Shown: positions 38,831 to 56,498 of the stretch, piece after piece
Layout: every line of letters starts with the position of its first letter
Numbering within the stretch: position 1 is the stretch's first letter
DNA from: Callorhinchus milii
Lineage: Eukaryota
Length of the DNA stretch: 64,000 nt
Direction of reading: 5' to 3'
Assembly: GCF_018977255.1 (NCBI RefSeq)
Contig: NW_024704749.1
Location: forward strand, 18,972,001 to 19,036,000
Notes under the pieces: model-generated
The model's database searches: none
Seen by the model: only the letters and a program-made list of their open reading frames with translations
Told to the model about the DNA's origin: nothing
Translations under genes and position numbers: made by a program

Positions 38831-39349
38831 GCAATAATAATAATCCTTGCATTTACTACGGCGTGTTACACGCCGGGAGGACGTCCCAAAGTGCTTCACC
38901 GAGTGATTTACTGTGAAAGTGGAGTGACTGTGTTTTGTGGGTGAATGTGGCAGCCCATTTGCACACAGGAACGTCCCCCAAACACCCATGATACAAGTCA
39001 CCAAATATTATTTCGGGGATTATTCGCCACTACACTGGGAGAAACTCCTCTTTTCAAATAGCACCATTTAACGTACACCTGAACAGGCAGATGGGATCTC
39101 GGTTTAATGTCTCATCCGAAGCATGGCACCTCTGACAATGTAGCACAACCCCAACACTGCACTGTTGTTTTTTTTTGATTGGATTATTTAATTGGAGCAT
39201 CAGCTTAGACAATGTGAATTCAAGTCCCGACATGGGGCTTGAACCCACAACCTTCTGATTCAGAGGCAAGAGTGCTACCACTTGCACCAGGCTGACGCAG
39301 CCTGACACCAACAGTGACACAAACAATAACACCAACAGTGACACCAACA

Positions 39350-39900
39350 ACAACAAATTGCATTTATATAGCATCTTTTACATTAAGAAAGCATCCCAAG
39401 GTGCTGAACAGTTGAGGATTTGCACCCGAGCTGAGGGTTGGATTCAGGAAGGCTGGTGCCAAAGGGGATGGGGGTGAGGATGTGGTCAAGATGAAGGTCT
39501 TGAGGCAGACCTTGAAGAACATGAGATGAAGGGACTCCAGATCCTCCAGCTGGAGGATGGAGCTCCAGAGAATGGAGGCAGAAAAGCTGAAGGCCTGATC
39601 GGCAATGGTGGAATGGGCAAGACATGAAGCAGGCCAGTGCCCACCAAGCAGAGGGATTGGGCGGGTAGGGTAGGGTTTTAGAAGGTCGCAGAGGTAGGGT
39701 GGGGCAAGACCGTGGAGAGATTTAAAAGTGAGGATGAGGATCTTGAACTCAATCCTCAGGGGGTTGGGGAGCCTTGTGCGGGAGAGGACATGAGCTATAG
39801 AGTTCCAAATGGTGTGGAGGGAAAAGTTGGGAAGATCAGCGAGCAGAAAGTTGGATGTGATAATCTATCCTGGACATCATAGATCCTAACTCTAAAAGCA
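39350..39900 (-). mobile_element. L2 LINE 3' fragment, degenerate
   Basis: Reverse strand shows the L2 3' end (TTCAAGATCCTCATCCTCACTTTTAAATCTCTCCACGGTCTTGCCCC... and TATATAAATGCAATTTGTTGTTG tail). Confidence 0.75.
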
Positions 39901-41684
39901 TGGATAAGAGTCTTAATATCAACAGTGATACTAACCGTGACACCAACAGTGCCACCAACATGAAACAAACAGTGACACTAATTGTGTCACTAAAAGTGAC
40001 ATATCCCTGACATTAAGAGTGTCAGACACCCGGCTGACCAAATCAAATGACAATGGCCTCACACCTCTCCTCAACCAGAAACACATGGCCATTCCACCTG
40101 GAGATATCGCCTTCTGAAGCTGCGCGACACTCCCTGTCCTCTTTCCTTCTCACCCCCTGCAGTAGAAAATGAATACTTTTATTATTGATTTATTTTCAAA
40201 GGGAAACGTGGTTAACGTGCTCTCCTCGCAAACGAGAGGACCTGGGTTCGATTCCCGGGCAGGACGAAACCTTAGGCAAGTTTCCTTACCCCTACACGCC
40301 TCCGTTTACCAAGCAGTAAATAGGACCCTGGTTGTTTGTCGATTGGTGGATCATTTTCTGGGGGTAATTATCCCTCAATAAATAAATAAATAACATTTCT
40401 CACTCAATCCACCACTGTTCGAGGGACAATACTGTGCGCAATTGGCTGCCACATTTCGCCCACAAAATACACAGTCAATCCGCTTTACAATATATTTTAT
40501 GAAGCGACATGATTCGCTTCAAATTCAAGGATAATTATTACAAGGATTATGGAATAACAGGGGTGGGTGTTGAGTGAGATGGAGAGGAGGTCCTTTAACA
40601 TCCATCCACCTGAAACAAGGTCCGAAGGACCAAAATTGATGATTCAAGGAAAAAAAAGGGGGGAAGGCAAAAATAAAACATTTTGTGGGGGAGGAATTAA
40701 AAAAAAAGTTTTAAGTTGAGCCCCAGATCGGTGCCCCCAACGTGTTTTTTTTTTTGGGGGGGGGGGAGAGAGGAGAAAGAAAAAAAGAAAGCTCTCCAAT
40801 CCTCATTCACAAGATGGGTGCCCACCAGCAATGAAAGGTTTCAGTTTTAATGCAGTAACTGCAAGAGACAGAGAGAGAGAGAGAGAGAGATAGAGAGCGA
40901 GACTCGAGTTCGAATCCCTTCGTGGAGTGAATAAAGCTGTGAATAAAACACTTTGTGCAGCAATGACTTTGGGTTTCACATTGCCACCACCGTCCTGCGA
41001 GTCGCGTGTTTTCCATCTTCTGATGTCTGCCTTCATGTGCAAATAAATCTTATTGATGCACCTTCTCTCCCCCCACCGCCCCCCCCCCTCCTCTGTATCT
41101 CTACTGGGAGTGGGTGGTGGGTGGTCTTTAGCTGCCTGTTCTCTCCCCCCCACCCCCACCCCCACCCCCACACACACATCACTGCATACAGTATAAATGT
41201 GCAATCAACTGCACTGTCAGCCCTGTGACCTGTGCAGGTTTTGTTCATTTCATTTCAAGCTTTGATAATAAAATCTTTTGTGAGTGTGTGTTTTTTTTTT
41301 GTGCAAAGCAAAGAAGGTGGGGGGGGGGGGGGGGGGGGAGAGGAGGGGGTGGGGGAAACCTTTTAATAAAAAATGCAGTTTTTTTTTAATGCATGTGATT
41401 TACACACACATATACACACACATACACACACATAGCATTCAATCAAATGCAGAGCCCCCCCCCAAAAAAAAAAGCATTGCGCAGTCTCACACTGAAGCCA
41501 ACATCAGCCCTGGCTCTCTGCAACCCAACCACACAGCACAGCACAGGGGCAGATCATGCAGCTCCTTTAACAGGGGGCAAAATCGTGGGGGGAATATATT
41601 TGCACCATCCTCGAAGCCCCCCCCACCCCCCCCCCCCCCCCTCCCCTCCCACACACACACACACACACACACAGGATCCCAGCA

Positions 41685-49035
<7,351 letters not shown>

Positions 49036-52000
49036 AGAGAATTGCTGCGGCTCCCAAAATCCCACTTGGTCCTGGCCAGGAAAGAGCACTTTCTAATCAA
49101 AAGATTTAGTGAGAAATCAGAGAATCCTTCAATTCAGTTTTAATTTGGAAACCGACTTGTTAAGACCTGTGTGTGAGTTGGGACAGGGGTGGGGAGGCTT
49201 CCAATGTAGTTTTCCAAAATTCTACAAGAATTATTTTTTGGGGAGGAGGGCGGTAGGTGGGTTGGGGGGAAGGGGTCAAGTGTTTTGACCCATGGAAATC
49301 CAAATAAGCGATTGAGAGCTTCACATATGCATGGAGATTTCTGGAGTGGGAGCACTATGAAGTGGAGGTCGACATGAGCCAAATCTTTGGGAAACTCGAT
49401 GTGCACTGCAGTTTAACCCCTAAACCACCGGGCAAATTTCTCACCGTTCCCATCTCGGATCATGCTTTGCTTATTAGGTCTTTGCTCGCAGGATTCACGG
49501 AAGCCAAGTGGGAAGAATCCTAGCTCCCCCTTCTCCCTCCCAGTGAATGGTCTGCCCTTCCCCCCCCTTCACCTATGAATGGTTTGTGCCTCCAACCTCT
49601 GCAAACGAGTCTGGCTCTCTCATCCATCATCAATTTCAAGACATAATGTAAAATCTACTCTGTATTTTAAGAGGGAATGATCTTACAGGCTAAGATGAGG
49701 TGGGAGTTTGGGGCTCTGGGCATCTATCGAGGGGATTGTCCCAGTTAAGTTCTGAATGAAGTGTTGCCCTCAAGACAGTGACCTTGACGTTCTAAGCTGC
49801 TAGGTTGCGTCTCGTAACAGATTAAAATAAAATAAAACGCAGCTCGTGGAGAACTGCGTGCGAGCCAGCACGGTAAACTTGGTGATGAAGGTTATACATC
49901 TCATGGAACCGCTGTGCTTCAATCATACAAGCACTTTTGTCTCCCCATGCAGTTTCTCTCTACCTGCCCTCGCAATATCATTCATTGTATTGGTGTTTAA
50001 ACTGTGCCTCGTACCACCTTAGTAGTCAGCAACCCTACCTACCGGCCATCAACAATCCTTCCGACTTTTGCAACAACTTGAATCTATATAGCGTCTTTCA
50101 TGATGGTCAGCAGTTAGAGAGCGCTTAAGAGGCAGAGCCTAATGCTGGGGTGGGAGGTGACTATAAGCCCAGTTGAAGAGGAAGTTCTTCAGTCGTGATC
50201 TAAGAGGCAAAGGAGGGGTAAAATGGAGGGTTTAAAGGAGTTCCAAAGCATCGGGTCATAGTGGTAACTCGTAGATTACCGGCAGTGGGATCAAACCCCT
50301 GGGTTTCCCGCAATCTGATGCCCACTCTCTTTCACTATTCCAGCAACTGATTCCTGGGGCCTCTCCACTCTTTCTGCCCTGTGGTTCTCGCACACTTGCA
50401 GCCGACCCATCACTTCAGCCCAAACTGCAGGGAAAAGGGCTTCCAAAGGCTGGTGTTAAGAGTGTGGAGGCGCTCAGGTCCAGTGCTGTAATTTCCTCAG
50501 CCCAACCGCCTGTTGTTGAGAAATTGTGTTGCAAAATAAAACGGCAAGGATTGCAAATAAAACAGGTCTACGTAGTATGTGATGATCAGAAATTCACCAA
50601 CACTTCCCCCCACAATATGTGAACCACCAGCTTAAACCGCAACCTAGTGAATGCAGTCACTGATCAGTGATTACGCTGTGCATCACGCTCCCTCCTCCAA
50701 CTGATCTACATTTCATACACCGATTAAATCACTACAGGTCAAAGAAAACATCAAAATTCAGTATATAGCGTCTTTATTAATGAATGTATCAACATAACTA
50801 AGTCAACATTATTGATCAAAAGTAACAACATTACTGGTTTGTTGGACATCACAGTTGAACCGAAAATGTATTGTCGTAATCGGATTCATCAGAACTCATT
50901 TTATCATCAGAATCACTTTCAGCAGGAAATGGTGGTGAATTGCTCAATCTCGCACGTCCTGCAAACTCTCTCACATGTACTTGTCCCATCCTTTTCAATC
51001 CAATGTGAAGGACGCCAAGCAAGTTTTGGGCCATCATTTTAGTCCCCAATTCTTTCAATGTACCTGAAACAAACAAAAAAAAGTTTAGTGAAACATATAC
51101 GTACGTATCTTTTGAAATGTCGAGACAGCAATTATTATAGAAATTTAAGGTAAATCACCATATGTGGTGTGGCAGAGATGAACTGAGTTTAAACTTTGAC
51201 CTCCAGTGACCTCATTTGTGCCAATTAAATTAACACTTGCTATAATCTGTGTGTAATTTACGTATAATACCTTGTGTGATGATTGAACTAAAAATGTAGC
51301 AGTTATAAATGTTTTTGTACCCCTATCCTGTCATAATAATAATCCTTGCATTTGACATAGCGTCTTATCACATCGTTGAGACGTCTCAAAGTCCTTGAGA
51401 GAATGTACTGTAAAATGAATGGATTAAATTTGTGGGCAAAACGTTCTTAAGAAAACCTGCCTAAACTTTTGTCCTGCCCAGAAATCGAACCAGATCGTCT
51501 CGCTTGCGAGGCGAGCTCGCTAACCATTACGCTACAGGATTCCATAATTTGGCGAATCAGACATATCTTTGTAGTGTAAATGAGCCATAACTCATCAACA
51601 GATTGTGCAGCTCTTCAGATTATTCATTATCAAGTCCCTCATTCCTGAAACCACCATACCGTACCTGGACAAAACATCCCAATTCCATGATGACCTTTTA
51701 AGAAAAATCCGACTCGTATGTCCGAGGACAGAGGGTCAGAACTTTTGCGTTTTTGGTAGAAATACCAGCGGCAACTCCCTCGTCTCAAGACTTCCTGTCA
51801 TACCTGCAGGACAAAGGAGCATATCATTTGAAATGCATAGTGGAGAGTGACCACCCACATCTGAGTACCTTATAAGACTCACTCATTGCCCCAGCCCTAG
51901 CCTGTAGTGTGGTCAAGGTTTTTAAATCCAGGATCATCCCAACCAAAGCCCTAAATTGCGCAGTGACTCACTGAGTCAGTCAAACATGCAACTGCCCTCA

Positions 52001-52164
52001 ACTGAAACAATAGAACTGCCAGGGGAATGTCTGCAGTTTCTGCTTCTGTTAATGGAAATCTATCATAGTCTTTCAAAATGTTCCGATGCAGGAAATGCTC
52101 CCACATTAAATGAAGCTGCTTGTGTTATTTTGCCACAAACTGCACTCCAGGACTCGCAGAGATG

Positions 52165-52293
52165 CTGTGTAAGGCTTCAATCATTCCAAACGACCACTGG
52201 TCAGGACGCTCAGTGTAGTTACAGCCTGTTCTTCTCTGCCTCTATATGACACAAACCAGACACCGAGTCAGGCTGCAACACCTTTAGGGCAGG
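52165..52293 (-). ncRNA. SNORA17: H/ACA box snoRNA, SNORA17 family (copy A)
   Basis: CCTGCCCTAAAGGTGTTGCAGCC...TGTGTCATATAGAGGCAG-AGAAGA(H box)-ACAGGCTGTAACTACACTGAGCGTCCTGACC...GAATGATTGAAGCCTT-ACA-CAG. Hairpin-hinge-hairpin-tail layout; closely matches recalled human SNORA17 (CTGCCCCTAGAGGCGTTGCAGC..TGTGTCATTAGGTGGCAGAGATTA..AGGCT..CTACGCTCAGCGTTCTG..). Confidence 0.88.
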
Positions 52294-53303
52294 AATAATG
52301 AATCCAGTAAATTGCAAATATCAGGTGGCGCATAACCTAACGCACAAGTCCATCAACAAGAGGCTCAGTCCATCCATAAAGTACGAGACAACCTGGACTA
52401 AGTCAACAGAGATGATGGAAAGGCGCTGAACATCTTAACCAAATGAAATAATTGATGTAATGCATTTCACATAAAACCAAAATGCGGAAGCATTTTGCAA
52501 AATATAATGGATCAAAAATGAAGAGAGTGGTATTGAAGTAAGCTGATCTACACCAGAGGCATCTCACAAACAGTGCGATGTGCTGCCAATTAACATGATA
52601 TTGGATACTCATAACATTTCAAAGACCCTCAGCCCCCTGGCGTGACCAAGACTTGCAGTAAAAATGAGTTTACCTTCTTCAACTCATGGGAGTCTCAGCT
52701 TACACCAAGTCAACTCTGCAGCCTGGAATACAACAGAAAGTTTCTTCAGGTTAGGCTGGACAAGGCTTTGGTCTCAACAGAGCATCTCATTTCTATCAGC
52801 ACAAAAATACTAAACACGGTTACTCGGACACCCACTAATCATTACCTCCCCAAGAGACTGATTCTAGGAGCTCGCCACGAGGTCCCCACTCCCTCCATTA
52901 AATGGGAAGATGGATTCTGCAGCAAATGGCAAACAAGTCATACCAATACCTTCACTTAGTAGGCAACAGTCTGCTTCATGTACCCCATCCTATCAGTGCC
53001 ACCATCAGTTGGGAGTGGGGCTTTTGCTTTCAGTCTTTCTGACCCCATGCTCTGTAACTCCATCCCAGTCTCTCAGACTCACTCCCACTCATCTATTCAA
53101 GGTCTCAAGACCCTTCAACTGCGCTTTTGGTCTTTGTTCTCCTCTTCCCCCGACTGCAACCCCCAGCACTGTCAAGTGCGATGCCGTGCCCTCTGGACGT
53201 GAAAGGAGCTGGATACATGTAAATCTGCATTGCAAGCCAAAAGCAATTGGGACTTGGCAAAAGCTGACGATTCGCGCTACAAGCGTTGGCCCCACAACTG
53301 CGG

Positions 53304-53439
53304 CAGTGTAAAGGCTTCAATCAATCCAAGCGGCCACGGGTCAGGGCGCTGATCGTAGTTACAGCCTGTTGCTCTCTGCCTCTACACGACACAAACCGGA
53401 CACAGAGTCAGTCAGGCTGCAACGCCTTTTGAGAGGCAA
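53304..53439 (-). ncRNA. SNORA17: H/ACA box snoRNA, SNORA17 family (copy B)
   Basis: Paralogue of copy A: TTGCCTCTCAAAAGGCGTTGCAGCC...GTGTAGAGGCAG-AGAGCA(H box)-ACAGGCTGTAACTACG...GAAGCCTTT-ACA-CTG. Similarity between the copies stops at the snoRNA ends. Confidence 0.88.
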
Positions 53440-53562
53440 GAGCGCAAAACCTGCGAGGTTACCGACCGACACGAGACACCCCAACGGCTCAGCGAAAAGA
53501 AAAGCCAGATAGGAAATCTGTGACATTCGCACAGCCACAAGCTCTCAGTTCCGGCTCGGTGA

Positions 53563-53878
53563 CCAATAATAATCCTTGCATTTGATATAGCGCTTTTCAC
53601 GTCTTCTCGACGTCTCAAAGCGCTTCGCAGAATAGACTGTAAAGTGAATTGACTGTATATTTGTGGGCGAACGCAGCAGCCGATTGCGCACAGCAATGTC
53701 CCACGAACAGTCGTGGATTGAAAATGACCAATTTATTATTGTTTTTGGTTTTGGAGGGATTGTTATTAGGCTCTGTGTGGAGTAAGGAAACTTGCCCAAG
53801 GTTTCGCCCTCTGCCGGGAATTGAACTCAGGTCTCTCACTTGCAAAGCGAGTGCTCTAACCCCTGAGCCACAGGACTC
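53563..53878 (-). mobile_element. Young SINE2-1_CM-like SINE
   Basis: Near-identical to 59813-60152. Confidence 0.9.
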
Positions 53879-54124
53879 ACACACACACACTCTTAATACT
53901 AAACCCACCCTCTCTCCCTCCCAGAGTAACGGTTCCCTCTTTACCCGCTGGTCTGGAGCAGAAACAGCCCGAGGCCTCTTACCTGAGCCTCACTCCATTG
54001 CTCGCTGCCGGCAATAGCCCCCCACCCCCCGGCAGAGCCCCAGCCCCAACCTCAGCCCCAGCCCTCGGCGAGGGTGGAGGGGTAGGGTGTGAGCTCCTCT
54101 GTCAGATCGGGGGTGTTTCTCATC

Positions 54125-54833
54125 GTGCGTGAGGGGAGGGAGTGTGTGTGAGGGGAGGGAGTGAGTGTGAGGGGAGGGAGTGAGTGTGTGAGGGGAGGGA
54201 GTGAGTGAGTGTGTGAGTGGAGGGAGTGAGTGAGTGAGGGGAGGGAGTGAGTGTGTGAGGGGAGGGAGAGTGTGTGAGGGGAGGGAGTGAGTGTGTGAGG
54301 GGAGGGAGGGAGTGAGTGAGGGGAGGGAGAGTGAGTGTGTGAGGGGAGGGAGTGAGTGTGTGAGGGGAGGGAGTGAGTGTGTGAGGGGAGGGAGTGAGTG
54401 AGTGTGTGAGGGGAGGGAGTGAGTGAGTGAGGGGAGGGAGAGTGAGTGTGTGAGGGGAGGGAGTGAGTGTGTGAGGGGAGGGAGTGAGTGTGTGAGGGGA
54501 GGGAGGGAGTGAGGGGAGGGAGTGAGTGTGTGAGGGGAGGGAGAGTGTGTGAGGGGAGGGAGTGAGTGAGTGTGTGAGGGGAGTGAGTGTGTGAGGGGAG
54601 GGAGTGTGTGTGAGGGGAGGGAGTGAGTGTGTGAGGGAGAGTGAGTGTGTGAGGGGAGGGAGAGTGAGTGTGTGAGGGGAGGGAGAGTGTGTGAGGGGAG
54701 GGAGTGAGTGAGGGGAGTGAGTGTGTGAGGGGAGGGAGAGTGAGTGAGGGAGTGAGAGAGTGAGGGGAGGGAGTGAGTGAGAGAGTGAGGGGAGGGAGTG
54801 AGTGTATGAGGAGAGAGAGAGAGAGAGAGAGGG
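54125..54833. repeat. GAGGGGAGGGAGTGAGTGTGT tandem repeat (about 21-bp unit) near the 5' end of the snoRNA host gene
   Basis: About 700 bp of GA/GT units; source of the SHTHSLP-type spurious ORFs. Confidence 0.93.
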
Positions 54834-54859
54834 ACACCTCCTCCTCCTCCTGTGTTCCC

Positions 54860-55490
54860 GGTGACTGAGAGGCGGCGCGTTTGGCGCCTCCTGTATTTAT
54901 ACTCCGGTTGGACGGGAAGCAGCGCCGGACAAACGGCCGCGCGTTTCCTTCGCGGAAACAACTCGAAACCCCCGACAGCCCTTTCCGACGCAGCCTCACC
55001 ACCGTCTCCTGTTGCAGTCGAGAGGGGTCACTCACCTCTGAGTTGTGTGTTCAAGGCCCCTCCCCTCCCCTCCCCCCCCCACCCCCCACCCCACCATCTC
55101 AGGTCTTCGGACAGCGCCCCCCCACCCACCCCGGGGCCCGTCTTTCCTTCCCGGCCGAAGTGCGCTGCTTTACTGACCGCCGCTGCGGTCGAACGCGGTC
55201 TCGGCCGCCGCTCCGGCGCATCGCTGGGGGAGTGCCGCCGCCGCTGGTCGGAGGCGTCGCCCTTTCGGACCGAGCGAGCGAGCGAGCGCGGGCCGGAGGG
55301 ATTGCTTTGGGTCGCTCTCGTCAAGGAGCCGGCGCGGGCGCGGGCGCGGGCGCGACGGGCCGAAGGACCTCCTTCCGCGCTGTGCAGTCGTACGATTCTA
55401 CGAGACGTCAGAGCAACGTGTCCCCCCCCCGTCCCCCGTCCCCCCCCCACCCGTCTGCCCGCTAAGCTGGATCCCATGAAAAGAGTTCAA
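54860..55490 (-). promoter_or_regulatory. CpG-island promoter of the snoRNA host gene
   Basis: TATAAATA (-) at 54901-54894, about 30 nt upstream of a pyrimidine initiator CCTCTCAG (about 54871); second candidate 5'TOP start CTCTTTTC (-) at 55485-55478; donor GAG|GTGAGT at about 55036; very CpG-rich. Confidence 0.55.
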
Positions 55491-56498
55491 AAAAAGGGTG
55501 TCACTCTCTGGCCAACAAGTCCCCCCGGATAGCACTGATTATTCATGGCTGTTTGTCGGACACTGTTGGGCACCAATTGGCTGCGTGTTCGCCCACAAAT
55601 AGTCGCTACACTTCGCAGAAAATCCCTTGAAGTCCCTTTGAGACATTTTTCCAATGCGGTCAAATCAAGGATCGTCCGAAACAGGATAATAATTTGACAA
55701 ATAATACCGTAGATCTTTCTGGATTGCTCTTTCAGACATGCTGTCTGACCAGACATACTGGTCATTCATTATTCCGATTCTTTAAAGTCTTTTCCACTGC
55801 TCTCAGCTTCAGGTCATTGAAAAATAGCCTCTTAGCAATTCTTCGTTCTGAGTGCTGTCCTGACTTCCTCTGACATTTCTGCGATATCTCCTGTTACATT
55901 TATTGAGTGGAATGGTGCTTTCTCCACACCACTGTATATAGACCAACTTCTTCACTCTACCAGTCCAGTCAGACTCGACCCTCGCATCAACTGTCCCTCA
56001 ACCTTCTCCCAACTGTCATAAACAGTCTCCCAATTGTCATCAACTGTCAAGTGTACCCCAACCATCAACTATGTCCCAAGTGTCCTGAAATGACCATCTG
56101 TCACCATCTATCTACCACCAGTAGCTGTCAATCATCACAAACTGTCCCTCAATTAAGCAACTATCACCTAAGTGGTCACGAAGAGTCTTCCATCTGCCCC
56201 TAACTGTGTTATGGCCTGTTGATGTCACAACTGAACCCCTTTTCCATCTCTGTTCCTTCACAGAGTTGTTTGGGTATCTTGTGCACCACTGTCCAGCCTG
56301 TGGTCACCCAAGTTCAGTTAGAACAACTGCAACTTCAGAGTGTAAAATAGTGACCTTATAACCCTGGCCAGAACGCTTGTATTACAGAACTGGCTGAACA
56401 GTGCACGCAAAATGCAAAATTGAGGCAGCTTCCTTTAATACAGTACCAGACAACTTTGTTAAAACAGATTTTAATACAGTGATTTTAAATACAGTGGT

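Larger units (their letters stand above)
50755..54871 (-). ncRNA. SNHG7: Spliced snoRNA host lncRNA, positional equivalent of SNHG7
   Basis: Minus-strand exons with AG/GT flanks: 54098-53983 (probable), 52722-52674, 51803-51665 (stop codons in all three frames), and last exon from 51063 to AATAAA at 50778-50773. One SNORA17-type snoRNA in each of two introns. Convergent with DIPK1B, like human SNHG7. The 5' end is uncertain (about 54871 or about 55485). Confidence 0.65.

Noticed and set aside
50755-54871. PIERCE1/C9orf116 as the snoRNA host, expected near MRPS2
   Set aside because: No PIERCE1-like peptide in the exons, and exon 51803-51665 has stops in all three frames.
53990-55532. 323-aa and 327-aa His/Ser/Pro ORFs and GC-rich ORFs
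   Set aside because: Tandem repeat plus stop-poor CpG island; no recognisable protein.
55940-56240. Degenerate CAACTGTC repeats downstream of the MRPS2 stop
   Set aside because: Decayed simple tandem repeat with no clear period or supporting structure.
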